Below are positions 9,634-19,177 of a DNA stretch of 64,000 nt, piece after piece. The DNA is from Chloroflexota bacterium. Lineage in GTDB: Bacteria > Chloroflexota > UBA11872 > VXOZ01. Positions within the stretch are counted from its first letter, which is position 1, and the number at the start of each line of letters is the position of its first letter. The stretch is taken from assembly GCA_963662335.2 (NCBI GenBank), contig CAXXVD010000001.1:128001-192000 (forward strand). The letters run 5' to 3'. The notes beneath the pieces were generated by a model. That model did not search any database. It saw only the letters and a program-made list of their open reading frames with translations, and was not told where the DNA came from. Position numbers and translations under genes: made by a program.

Positions 9634-10392
9634 TTATGCCGTCCGCCGCGCGGTGAGGATGAGCCGGCCGCTGTCGGGCGCGAGCGCTTCCCCGGCCAGG
9701 CCGCCAAAGAAGTCGAGCCGCTCCATGCCGGCGAGAGTTAACATGCGCTCCAACTCGTGCGGCAGGTAGACCCGCACGCGCAAGTCGCGTTCGATGCGCT
9801 CGCCGTCCGGCGTGATGATGACGCGGCGCGTGTGCTGGCAGCCGGTCTCATAGTCCATGCGGTTCCGGTTCACCATGGCGTAGCCGGTGGATGCCATTTC
9901 CGAGTCTTCCCACACGTGCTTCTGGTAAGTCTGGATTGGGTTCGGCATCTCCATCACGAAACGGCCGCCGGGGCGCAGCGCCGCCGCCACGTCGTTCAGC
10001 ACCTTCTGGTCTTCCTCATCGCTCTCCAGGTAGCCCAGCGCCGTAAACCAATTGACCACGCCGTCGAACGCCCGCTCGAACGGCAGCGCGCGCATGTCAC
10101 CCTGCACCAAGTTGACGTCCAGCCCGCGCACCTGCCCGTCCTTGTACGCCTGGCGCATGAGCACGGCCGAGCGGTCCAGGCCGATGACGGAATAGCCGTG
10201 GATTGCCAGTTGAATGAGGTGGCGTCCCTGGCCGCAGGCAAGGTCCAGCAACGTCGAGCCCGGCCGCAACTCCAGCAAGCGCTCGATCGCCTCCACCTCC
10301 GGCACGGTGTAGCGGTCGCCGGTCAGGTCGGCGTAGGTTGCCAGATAGAGTTCGTCGAAACGGTCGCGGGACGACGGGCCTTGCGGGGGCAT
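9634..10392 (-). CDS. Class I SAM-dependent methyltransferase
   Basis: LLDLACGQGRH, GDMRALPF, LRPGGRF. Confidence 0.9.
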   Translation of the reverse strand: MPPQGPSSRDRFDELYLATYADLTGDRYTVPEVEAIERLLELRPGSTLLDLACGQGRHLIQLAIHGYSVIGLDRSAVLMRQAYKDGQVRGLDVNLVQGDMRALPFERAFDGVVNWFTALGYLESDEEDQKVLNDVAAALRPGGRFVMEMPNPIQTYQKHVWEDSEMASTGYAMVNRNRMDYETGCQHTRRVIITPDGERIERDLRVRVYLPHELERMLTLAGMERLDFFGGLAGEALAPDSGRLILTARRTA

Positions 10393-10686
10393 GAGTCTCT
10401 TCCTCTCGCTCGTGCGGTCTTAATGCCTCTTGACCGCCGGGAGCGCTCTCTACTAAGGATACTATGCCGCCGCCATGCGCGTCTCCCATACGGCATCGTT
10501 TGGAAGTACGGCAGCGTACCGCAAGTAATGGTGGGCTCCCACGTTCTAGACGCCCCCTTAGCGCTTTCGCAAGGAATGGGTCAGCAAGCTAAGATAGGTA
10601 GAGTACTTACTTGGCTACTTTTCGGCGCGCGCTTCGCGGGAAGCAGTGATGTAAGCTGGACGCGGCACAGTAGAGGGAAGAGATTC

Positions 10687-12252
10687 TTGAGAACACCGTC
10701 AGCGAACCTTGGTAAACTCGGCATTCTCGCCGGCGCCGCTGCCTCCGCGCTCCTGCTCGTGCTGGCCTCGCCGCCGTACGACTACTGGTTCCTGGCGTGG
10801 GTGGCGCTGGTACCGATGTTCGGGGTGATGGCGCTGCCCGCGCCGCGGCCGCGCGCCGCCCGGGCCGCGTGCGCCTTGACCTACGTGCTCTACGTGGGCG
10901 TGCTCTTGTGGCAGGCCTTTCCGCCCGGCCTAACCTCCCGCGCGTGGCGGGGCAGCGACTTTCCGCCGATTCTGTTTCTCGACTCGCCGGCGCTCTTCGT
11001 GAGCGTCGTCCTGCTGCCGGCGCTCTTCGCGCTCTTCTATTTTGGCCGCGTGCCGTGCGGGCCGCCGCTGGCGCTGGCGCGGGCGCGGCCGCATCTCTGG
11101 CTGCTGCCGCCGGCGGTCTGGACGCTGACGGAATACGTCCGTTACCGCTTGCAACTCGGCCACATCTGGGGCAATCTCTTCACCACCCAGCACACGGTAC
11201 CAGGGGCGATGGCGCTCTCCCACGTGGGCGGGCCGTGGCTAATCACGTTCTGCATCGTCCTGATCAACGTGCTCATTGCGGTCGCGCTTGCGCTGATAGT
11301 AGCGCGCCGCGCCGTTAACGCTACCGGCGCGGTTGCGCTGGCGGTACCGCTTCTTGCCGTCGGTTTGCTGCTGGGCGCGGCGGGACGCGCCTCTGCCGTG
11401 CCACCGGCCCAGGACGGCCCGCAAACGATTGACGTGGCGCTCGTGCAGACCGGCCTCGACATGGCCGACTATTTCGACAAGGCGTATGCGCAGGGCGTGC
11501 AAGACTACTACGGCTTCGCCTGGAACGACGTGGAGGCGCTCACCCGCGAGCAGGCCCAGGGCGCGGACCTCATCGTCTGGCCTGAGGCCACGGTCTGGCA
11601 CGACCTGCAAGTCGACGACGAGGCGCGCGAACGGCTGGCGGAATTCGCCCGCGAAATGAACGCCTACCTCTTCGTGCCCTATTTCGTGGATACCGATCCG
11701 CGCGGCTACCGCAACGAGGCCATGCTGATTGCGCCCAGCGGCGAGTTTCTCGGCATGTACGCCAAGAACTACCCCATCATCTTCGTGGGCGAACAGAGCG
11801 TCACCGGCGGCGGCCATCCGGTTTTCTCTACCCCGCTGGGCACGTTCGCGACCATGATGGCGTACGATTCCGACTTTCCCGACGTGGCGCGCAAACTCAC
11901 CGCCAACGGCGCGCAACTGATTGCGGTCACCAGCCACGATTGGCTGGAGATGAGCCCGTACCAGGTGGCCGCCAGCGCCCAACGCGCCGCCGAGAACAAC
12001 GTGACGGTAGTGAAAGTGGACTGGCGCTACGGCAGCGCGGTAATCCGGCCCAACGGCGAGATCATCGCCGCCACGTCGGCTTCGGAACCGGCGCGCACGG
12101 TGCTCCGCGCCGCCGTGCCCCTGCCGGAGTCGTCGGGCACCCTCTACACCCGCACCGGCGATTGGTTTCCGGTGCTCTGCGCGCTCTACCTTTTGGCTGT
12201 GAGCGCCCGCGCCCTCTGGACGCGGCGGCAAGCCAAGCGAGCGCAAAGCTGA
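10687..12252 (+). CDS. lnt: Apolipoprotein N-acyltransferase-like membrane protein (nitrilase superfamily); catalytic Cys replaced by Ala
   Basis: LAWVALVP, multiple TM helices, VALVQ, IVWPE, YRN, YAK, TLYTRTGDW; probable TTG start after AGAGGG. Confidence 0.8.
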   Translation: MRTPSANLGKLGILAGAAASALLLVLASPPYDYWFLAWVALVPMFGVMALPAPRPRAARAACALTYVLYVGVLLWQAFPPGLTSRAWRGSDFPPILFLDSPALFVSVVLLPALFALFYFGRVPCGPPLALARARPHLWLLPPAVWTLTEYVRYRLQLGHIWGNLFTTQHTVPGAMALSHVGGPWLITFCIVLINVLIAVALALIVARRAVNATGAVALAVPLLAVGLLLGAAGRASAVPPAQDGPQTIDVALVQTGLDMADYFDKAYAQGVQDYYGFAWNDVEALTREQAQGADLIVWPEATVWHDLQVDDEARERLAEFAREMNAYLFVPYFVDTDPRGYRNEAMLIAPSGEFLGMYAKNYPIIFVGEQSVTGGGHPVFSTPLGTFATMMAYDSDFPDVARKLTANGAQLIAVTSHDWLEMSPYQVAASAQRAAENNVTVVKVDWRYGSAVIRPNGEIIAATSASEPARTVLRAAVPLPESSGTLYTRTGDWFPVLCALYLLAVSARALWTRRQAKRAQS

Positions 12253-12272
12253 TCTTCCGGTTCCCTCTCCCA

Positions 12273-12422
12273 GGCTAACAGGGGCATGTACGTGTCATTC
12301 CGAGCGCAGCGAGGAATCTAAGGTGCAGACATTGCGGGGCAGCGCCTTAGATTCCTCACTCCGCTGCGCTCCGTTCGGAATGACACGCGAAGTCGATAGT
12401 TGATATCACATCGCTGTCAGTT
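12273..12422. mobile_element. MITE-like element family 2, copy 1 (contains inverted GTCATTCCGAGCGCAGCGAGGAATCT pair)
   Basis: Degenerate TIRs GGCTAACAGGGG / CGCTGTCAGTT; internal similarity to 17307-17466 and 26527-26686. Confidence 0.6.
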
Positions 12423-12482
12423 GGGGAGAGGGAAAAGGCGAGGGGCTCGCCAGCCTGCGCAGCGGCGCGAAGGAACTCAACC

Positions 12483-13646
12483 ATGAAAAAGGCAACGCTC
12501 ACCGGCAAGCAGAGCGACTTTCTCAAAATCGTCGTGGCCGCCGCGGGCCGCGGCGACCTGGAAGTGGTGCAGGCGCTGGTGGAAGACAATCCCCGTTGGC
12601 TGCACACCGTCGGCTCTCACGGGCGCACCATGCTGTGGGAAGCGGCGTACCGGGGCAAGCTGGCGGTGGCGCGGTATCTCGTGGAGCGCGGCGCGGACAT
12701 CGACGCCAGCGCCTGCCACTACAGCGAGCACTACGTGGAAATAAGCTGCTACTGCGTCGCGCGGGTCAAGCAACGGCACGCGCTGGCCGACTATCTCCTG
12801 GCTCAGGGCGCGGTCGTCGGCATACACACGGTCGCCTATCTGGGCGATACCGCGGCGGTCTGCGCATTCCTGGATGCCGACCCGGCGCTGTTGGAACAGA
12901 CCCACGCGCAACACGACGTGCAGCGCAGTGAGGGTAAGCGGCTGGCGTTCGATCCCACGCCCCACTCGTGGTCTACGCCGCTTGCCTACGCAGTCAGCGG
13001 CGGCTGCGCCGAAACCGTGGCGTTGCTACTGGCGCGCGGCGCGGCGGTGGCGGCCCACAGCGCGCGCCTGCTGGCGATTGCGGTCGGCCGCGGCCGGCTC
13101 GACTTGACGCGGATGCTGCTGGGACACGGGGCCGAAGCCGCCCAACTGCCATTGGCAGATCCCTCCCAGAATCGAGAACTGGCGAAACTGGCAATTGCCC
13201 ACGGCTACGACATCGATACCGGACGCCCCGGCTGGCCGCCGCTGGTGGTTGCCAGCCGCGGCGACAAAGGCGAGCATCCCGAGCGCATTCAGGCGCTGCT
13301 GGAACTGGGCGCGGACGTAAACGTGCGCGACTACAAGGGCAAGACCGCGCTCCACCGCGCCGCCACTGCCGGCTTTCTGTATAGCATGGAAGTTCTCCTG
13401 GCCCACGGCGCGGACATCGAGGCGGCAGACAAGCAGGGAGAGACGCCAGTCTTCGACGCGGTGCGCGCAGACCGGGTTGAGTCTGTGGCGCTGCTGCTCG
13501 AAAAGGGCGCCAATCCAGCGGTCAGAAACACCAAAGGCGTCTCTATAGTCTCTATGTCGCTTAGGATGAGGAAGAAGGGCGCAGCCGAAATAGCCGCAAT
13601 ATTGGAAGAGGCTTTTCGGTCCCTAGGCAAGAGTCGCAAGCATTGA
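12483..13646 (+). CDS. Ankyrin-repeat protein
   Basis: Repeated G.TxLH.AA..G..VLL..GADVN/IE motifs. Confidence 0.92.
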   Translation: MKKATLTGKQSDFLKIVVAAAGRGDLEVVQALVEDNPRWLHTVGSHGRTMLWEAAYRGKLAVARYLVERGADIDASACHYSEHYVEISCYCVARVKQRHALADYLLAQGAVVGIHTVAYLGDTAAVCAFLDADPALLEQTHAQHDVQRSEGKRLAFDPTPHSWSTPLAYAVSGGCAETVALLLARGAAVAAHSARLLAIAVGRGRLDLTRMLLGHGAEAAQLPLADPSQNRELAKLAIAHGYDIDTGRPGWPPLVVASRGDKGEHPERIQALLELGADVNVRDYKGKTALHRAATAGFLYSMEVLLAHGADIEAADKQGETPVFDAVRADRVESVALLLEKGANPAVRNTKGVSIVSMSLRMRKKGAAEIAAILEEAFRSLGKSRKH

Positions 13647-13767
13647 TGGAATTTCGTGCCCTCGCTCTGCTGGTGACTTTCTGGGATGCTTGCTCTTCGC
13701 CTATTCACTATGAGACTGCCCTTGGGACTTAGGCTCCAATGCTGGAACTCCTAGCAGATGAAGATCT

Positions 13768-13926
13768 CTAGGAGTCATCTTCTCGACTGGCGTGAAAGCT
13801 CTCCCAAAAGACGTCTACCACGCGCTTTGCAATTGACTCCGGATCATTCTTGTCTTCCTTGGGGGCATCAATAGCCTTGAGACTTTCTCCGTCTTCAAGC
13901 GGTTGGTCGGTGCGAGGTACTTCCAT
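13768..13926 (-). CDS. Small acidic hypothetical protein (52 aa)
   Basis: RBS AGGAGG before ATG 13926, overlapping the 3' end of the upstream gene. Confidence 0.45.
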   Translation of the reverse strand: MEVPRTDQPLEDGESLKAIDAPKEDKNDPESIAKRVVDVFWESFHASREDDS

Positions 13927-14857
13927 CTTGGCCTCCTTTGAACTTTTGAAAATACTGTGGATTGATCTCTGGGTCAAAATATCGTTTCCGTTTTATCCAA
14001 ATGAATCCATCTCCTTTCGAGATTAAAGCCACGTCAATCGGTCCACCGACGGTTTCATGATCTTCAGAAACCTTCCGCTTGAGCGATTGCAACCCTACTA
14101 AGGCCTCCGCTACTGTTGGCAATTCACTCTTGGGCATTTCGGCGATAGTTCGAAGCACAGGTAGCGCGTATTCGTCACGCTCCATTCGCCTAACTTCCCG
14201 ATAAAGACTTTGCAATGCATCTTCCACTCCCCGGGATATCTTTTCATCGGACCCTTCAATTGTATCGGCCAAGAGCTTTGTGAGCATAATCTCAAATACG
14301 TTCAACAGCTTGCCTCTATATGATGGCTCGACTCCGTTCATGAAGCCCTGTACTACTTCCTTTTGCGCATATGGGAGAATTAAGGCCTCAATCCCTTGAA
14401 TGGCTATGCTCGGTTTTTCTAAACGATACGAGAGTTGTCCCCGAAAGCCCAAAACCTCCAAAGATACAATGGCAGGATACACTTCGCTTCCGCCAAATCC
14501 GGCTACCACAATGCCAGAGCGCGGCCACTTTACGTTGCTTCCGTCTATCCGAAACTTGCTAGCTTGCTCATTGATGAAGCGGATGAAATCCAATGTAAAG
14601 TCTTCGACAGTTTCCTTTTCCTCCGCCCCCAAGCGGTCTCTGTACAGCTTGATAACAGTTTCCCACGGCACTTCTCCCAGACGTGTATTCCCATAGATCA
14701 TTATCCCCACTGGATGCCACTGTGAAAGCGCAAAGAGCTTGTCTGCCGACGTAAATATCTTGGTGATTTCCTCATCTTCACCTTCCACGATTGTAACTGC
14801 ACTGTCAGCGGCTAGAGCTACTGCCTCTTGGTTCATCACTGCGATTTCGGCAGTCAC
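13895..14857 (-). CDS. Ntn-hydrolase (proteasome beta-subunit-like) hypothetical protein
   Basis: RBS GGGAGGG then GTG giving M-TAEIAVMNQEAVALAADSAVT; DKLF; C-terminal TVGGPIDVALISKGDGF; lower GC than flanks. Confidence 0.7.
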   Translation of the reverse strand: MTAEIAVMNQEAVALAADSAVTIVEGEDEEITKIFTSADKLFALSQWHPVGIMIYGNTRLGEVPWETVIKLYRDRLGAEEKETVEDFTLDFIRFINEQASKFRIDGSNVKWPRSGIVVAGFGGSEVYPAIVSLEVLGFRGQLSYRLEKPSIAIQGIEALILPYAQKEVVQGFMNGVEPSYRGKLLNVFEIMLTKLLADTIEGSDEKISRGVEDALQSLYREVRRMERDEYALPVLRTIAEMPKSELPTVAEALVGLQSLKRKVSEDHETVGGPIDVALISKGDGFIWIKRKRYFDPEINPQYFQKFKGGQDGSTSHRPTA

Positions 14858-15017
14858 CAAACCCTCCCTCAGGCGCTCTTACCCTATTGGCTCGCCACCC
14901 TCACGGCCATACAATCTAAACAGCATACCGTCACCTAAACCCATAGTACACCCTAGTGGGCTCTATTCAAAGTGCAGTGCAGAAACAAGACCGGGAAGAG
15001 TGCTACACGCCTTGCGT

Positions 15018-15803
15018 TCATCCGTTGGTGTTACCGCTAGAGCTTTGACCCAATTGTGCCCGGAAGCGTTCCAGCGCCGCCAGTATGCCGTCTTCCTCGA
15101 CGTCCGGCGCGATCCAGTGGGCTATGGCCTTCAGGTCCGGGTGCGCGTTGCCCATGGCGATGCGCAGGCCGCACTCCTGGAGGAACTCCACGTCGTTGGG
15201 CCCGTCGCCGATGCCCATGATGTGGGCAGGGGTAGTGTCGAGCAGGCGCGCGTAGCGATGGACGGCCGTGGCCTTGGTGCCGCGCTTGTGTGTGACGTCC
15301 ACGCCCCACGTCCGGCCGGGCTCGTACGGGAAGCGCGTCACGTGCACCGGGCATTCCGGGCCAAAGAGTTGCCCAAAGCGTGAAAGTTCGGCGGTTGGCA
15401 CCGGCAGCACCGTGACGCGCGTGATGCGCCAGTGACGCACGTCGCCAATCGTATCCACCACCGTCGTATCGTCCACGGCCGAGAACGTGTAGCCGCCCTG
15501 CACCGCAGCCTCCAGTACGGCGCGCGCGTCCTCAGGTTCCAGATAGAGGCAGTCCAGCGTCTCCATCGTTTCCACGTGGAAGATGCGCGCGCCGCCGTCG
15601 GACACGTGCGGGCCTTTGAGGTCGAACCGCGCCGCCATGGCGGCCACGTAGTGGAGATCCCGGCTGGAGATGAGGCTCACCTGACACCGTTGGGCCGCGG
15701 CGGTAAGTCCCGCAACTACGGCCGGCGAGGGCGGCACGCCATAGGGCGCCAGCGTGCCGTCGATGTCGCTGAGCACGGCAGTGTAAAAGGGTTGAGACGG
15801 CAT
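15018..15803 (-). CDS. Cof-type HAD-IIB hydrolase
   Basis: SDIDGTL, SSR, TK and GDGPND motifs. Confidence 0.9.
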   Translation of the reverse strand: MPSQPFYTAVLSDIDGTLAPYGVPPSPAVVAGLTAAAQRCQVSLISSRDLHYVAAMAARFDLKGPHVSDGGARIFHVETMETLDCLYLEPEDARAVLEAAVQGGYTFSAVDDTTVVDTIGDVRHWRITRVTVLPVPTAELSRFGQLFGPECPVHVTRFPYEPGRTWGVDVTHKRGTKATAVHRYARLLDTTPAHIMGIGDGPNDVEFLQECGLRIAMGNAHPDLKAIAHWIAPDVEEDGILAALERFRAQLGQSSSGNTNG

Positions 15804-15824
15804 GGGAGGCTCTCGCGAAGCGGC

Positions 15825-17189
15825 CTATGCCGCAGCAACGCGCCGCGCCGCCTGTGCCGCGCCTTCAACGAAGCGGTTAATCTCAGCCGGCCCCATCGGC
15901 GTGGAGAGCGCGCCCAGTCCCTCCTTGGAAACGATGATTCCCGCATCCATGAGGCCGCGATGCAAGCCGCGCATGAGCGCCTCCGCCGCCGGCCCCTTGG
16001 GGATGCTGCGATAATTGACGATGGGCGCGTCCGTCGGCGTAACCAGAATCAGCGAACCGGCGCCGGAAACCTGCCCCGCCACGCCCGCGTCCGCAAAGGC
16101 CGCGTTGGCGCGGGCGCGCAGGTCGTCGCCCAGTGTCTCCAGGCGCGTGTACGCTTCCGGCGTGAGTTGGGTAAGCGCCGCGTAGCCGGCCGTAGCCGAG
16201 AGCGGATTGCCGCTGTACGTGCCGCCGGAGGCCAGGGCGGGCGGCCCCTCGGTCGGATCCAGCAGGGCCATGACTTCGGCGCGCCCGCCTACCGCGCCAA
16301 TCGGCAATCCGCCGCCGATGATCTTGCCAAAGACCGTCAGGTCCGGCTCGCCGCCAAAGCGCGCCGCCCCGCCCGCGTAACTCACGCGAAAGCTGATCAC
16401 CTCATCTGAAATCAGCACGATGCCGTAGTCGCGGGTGATCTCGCGCAGGAATTCCAGAAAGCCGTCCTGCGGCAGCGGAAAGCCGGCGCGGTTGCAAAGC
16501 GGATCGTAGAGCACCGCCGCCAGGTCTCGTCCGTGTTGGTCGAGCAGGCGGGCCACGGCTTCGGGGTCGTTGTAGGGCAGCGTGAGCACGTCGGACTCCA
16601 CCGCATCCGCCAGGCCGCCGCTGCTGGCCACGCTGTGCGGCGCGTCCGCCGGGCCCCACGTGTTGGGCTGCGAGGAGTAGCTCACCTGCACGTAGTCGTA
16701 GTAGCCGTGGTAGAAGCCCTCGAATTTGGCGATGCGGCTGCGACCGGTGTAGGCCCGCGCCAGCTTGACCGCCAGCATCACGGCCTCGGTGCCGGAATTC
16801 GCAAAACGAATCTTCTCCAAAGACGGCACCCGCTCCACCAGCAACCGGGCCAGCCGCAGTTCCGGCTCAGCCGGTTCCGAGAAGGCCGTGCCGCGTTGCA
16901 GTTGGTCGCTGATGGCCGCGTTGATGGCCGGGTTGGCGTGGCCGTGAATCAGCGCGGTCATGTTGTTGAGATAGTCGACGCGCTCGACGCCCTCGACGTC
17001 GGTCAGGTAGCAGCCGCGCCCTGACTGCGCGTAGATCGGATACGGCTGGTAGTAGTAGTGCAGCCGCGACGTGCCGCCCGGCATGTACCGGCTGGATTCC
17101 GCGAATAGCTTGGCGGTTTCATCCGTGGGGGCCGCAACTGCCGCGCCCGGCCCTGTCGCAACCGCTCCCGGGCTCTGCCCCTGGCTCAT
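15825..17189 (-). CDS. Class III PLP aminotransferase (GSA-aminomutase-like)
   Basis: NSGTEA, FEGFYHG, DEVISFR, FGKIIGGG, GTYSGNP; RBS GAGGAGG. Confidence 0.9.
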   Translation of the reverse strand: MSQGQSPGAVATGPGAAVAAPTDETAKLFAESSRYMPGGTSRLHYYYQPYPIYAQSGRGCYLTDVEGVERVDYLNNMTALIHGHANPAINAAISDQLQRGTAFSEPAEPELRLARLLVERVPSLEKIRFANSGTEAVMLAVKLARAYTGRSRIAKFEGFYHGYYDYVQVSYSSQPNTWGPADAPHSVASSGGLADAVESDVLTLPYNDPEAVARLLDQHGRDLAAVLYDPLCNRAGFPLPQDGFLEFLREITRDYGIVLISDEVISFRVSYAGGAARFGGEPDLTVFGKIIGGGLPIGAVGGRAEVMALLDPTEGPPALASGGTYSGNPLSATAGYAALTQLTPEAYTRLETLGDDLRARANAAFADAGVAGQVSGAGSLILVTPTDAPIVNYRSIPKGPAAEALMRGLHRGLMDAGIIVSKEGLGALSTPMGPAEINRFVEGAAQAARRVAAA

Positions 17190-17239
17190 AGCCACCTCCT
17201 CGTGCGTGTCATGTCTATGGAGACATTCGAGTAATTCCG

Positions 17240-17265
17240 TCATTCCGGCGGAAGCCGGAATCCAG
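17240..17265. repeat. Short palindromic repeat GTCATTCCGGCGGAAGCCGGAATCCA
   Basis: ATTCCGGC/GCCGGAAT inverted arms; single copy in the window. Confidence 0.5.
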
Positions 17266-17306
17266 AGGCGCACCTCCACCCCCATCCGAACCTTTCCTCA
17301 TCAAAG

Positions 17307-17466
17307 GGCTGGCAGGGGCAGGTATTCCACAATCGACCTCACCTGTCATTCCGAACGGAGCGCAGCGGAGTGAGGAATCTAAGGTACAGCCAAGCAAAAT
17401 CAGCATCTTTGGATTCCTTAGATTCCTCGCTGCGCTCGGAATGACACTTACCTACCCCTGTCAGCC
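17307..17466. mobile_element. MITE-like element family 2, copy 2
   Basis: TIRs GGCTGGCAGGGGCAGGTA / TACCTACCCCTGTCAGCC around an inverted GTCATTCCGA..GAGGAATCT pair. Confidence 0.7.
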
Positions 17467-17616
17467 CTTCGAAGGGTTAGGGGTTATGCTATGGCCCCTT
17501 AGGCCGATAGTATACCCAATGGCGCGCCCGCATAGTGACGCGGCCGGGAGACTAACCCGCTTGTGCTAGAATCTCTGTACCGAAACCCGATGCAAGAACG
17601 AGACTGCGCGGCAACC

Positions 17617-19128
17617 ATGCTCACATCACAAGTGCCTCGCTATGCGGACACAGTCGTCATTGGCGGCGGCACGGCCGGCGCCGCCGTGGCCGGTCTATTG
17701 GCCGAACGCGGCGACCAATCGGTGCTGTTGCTGGAAGCCGGGCCCGACTACGGCCCGCTCGCGGCGGGAAACTGGCCCCGCGAACTGCGGGACGGGCGGG
17801 TTCTCGCCAGCACCCATGATTGGTCTTTCACGAGCGCGGCGGCGCACGGCCAACCGGACCACGCGCTGCAGCGGGCCAAGGTCATCGGCGGCTGCTCGGC
17901 ACACAACGGCTGCATTGCGATCTGGGGCCACCGCGCCGACTACGACGGTTGGGCCGCCGCGGGCAACGACGGCTGGGCGGTGGCCGACGTGCTGCCCTAT
18001 TTCCAGCGCGCGGCGGCCCGGCTGCGCGTGCGCGAGTTTGCGCCGGAAGAAACAACCCCGTTCCACGGCGCGTGCCTGAAGGCGATGAACGGCGTAGGCA
18101 TTCCCCGCTCGGCCAATCTCAACGACCTGGACGAAGACGCGGGCGCGGCGCTCGCGCCCGTCAATATCCGTAACGGCGTCCGCTGGAGCACGGCCCTCGC
18201 CTATCTCGACCCGGCGCGGGAACAGAGCAATGTGACTATCGTGGGCGACGCCCCGGTGGACAAGATCAACCTGCGCGGCCCGCGCGCGGTCGCGGTCGAT
18301 GTGGTTGTCCAAGGCGTAAAGGCAACGATCGCGGCGGAGCGAATCTTCCTGTGCGCGGGCGCATACGGCTCTCCCGCCGTTCTGCTGCGCTCGGGCATCG
18401 GCCCGGCGGCGGAACTCGCCGCGCTCGGCATACCGCCCTTAGCCGATCTACCCGGCGTGGGCCGCAATTTGCACGACCATCCGGGCGTTACGCTGACCCA
18501 CCACGCTACGCCGCTGTTCAACAACGCAATGCGGGACCACATTGCCGGCGGCAAAACCGTCTTCACGGAGCAGAGCCTGGCCAAGGCGCGGAGCAGCCAC
18601 TGCACCGGGGCGTTCGATCTTCACGTCGCTCCCCTCACCGCCGCCGCGCCGGATGCGGCAGGCCGCTGGGAGTGCTCCATGTACGTAGCTAACATGGCGC
18701 CGCGGTCCCGCGGCCGGCTCACGCTGCGCGACGGCGACCCTGCGAGCAACCCGGTGATCGACACCGGCTACTTCACCGACCCCGGCGACCGCGACCTGGC
18801 GGCGCTGCTGGACGGCGTTGCGCTGACCCGGGAGATTGCCCGCCGGCCGCAACTCGCCGCGCTGATCGGCGCTGAACTGGAGGAGACGGCCGGCATGGTC
18901 ACCGCCGAGGACCTACGCCGCAACAGCCTGCACTACTTCCATCCCGTGGGAACCTGCAAAATGGGTCCAGCCTCCGACCCAGCGGCTGTGGCGGATTCAA
19001 CAGGCAGAGTCCACGGCATCAAGGGTCTCCACGTTGTCGACGCCTCCCTTATGCCCACCGTGCCCCGCGCCAACACGAACCTGCCCACGCTCATGCTCGC
19101 CGAACGCATCGTGGCTGGGCTCGACTAG
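17617..19128 (+). CDS. GMC-family FAD oxidoreductase
   Basis: IGGGTAG, LLLEAG, KVIGGCSAHN, LLRSGIG, VGRNLHDH, HPVGTCKMG, NTN. Confidence 0.92.
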   Translation: MLTSQVPRYADTVVIGGGTAGAAVAGLLAERGDQSVLLLEAGPDYGPLAAGNWPRELRDGRVLASTHDWSFTSAAAHGQPDHALQRAKVIGGCSAHNGCIAIWGHRADYDGWAAAGNDGWAVADVLPYFQRAAARLRVREFAPEETTPFHGACLKAMNGVGIPRSANLNDLDEDAGAALAPVNIRNGVRWSTALAYLDPAREQSNVTIVGDAPVDKINLRGPRAVAVDVVVQGVKATIAAERIFLCAGAYGSPAVLLRSGIGPAAELAALGIPPLADLPGVGRNLHDHPGVTLTHHATPLFNNAMRDHIAGGKTVFTEQSLAKARSSHCTGAFDLHVAPLTAAAPDAAGRWECSMYVANMAPRSRGRLTLRDGDPASNPVIDTGYFTDPGDRDLAALLDGVALTREIARRPQLAALIGAELEETAGMVTAEDLRRNSLHYFHPVGTCKMGPASDPAAVADSTGRVHGIKGLHVVDASLMPTVPRANTNLPTLMLAERIVAGLD

Positions 19129-19177
19129 AATGAGCTTATATCTCTTAATCGCAGTTGACTAACCTAAGGAGCGAATC

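Noticed and set aside
9757-10686. 310-aa N-terminal extension of the Lnt-like ORF
   Set aside because: Largely antisense to the methyltransferase gene; Lnt-like sequence begins only near 10687.
15825-17189. hemL assignment (also 27047-28441)
   Set aside because: Both are divergent class III paralogues without tetrapyrrole gene context, so the specific function cannot be supported.
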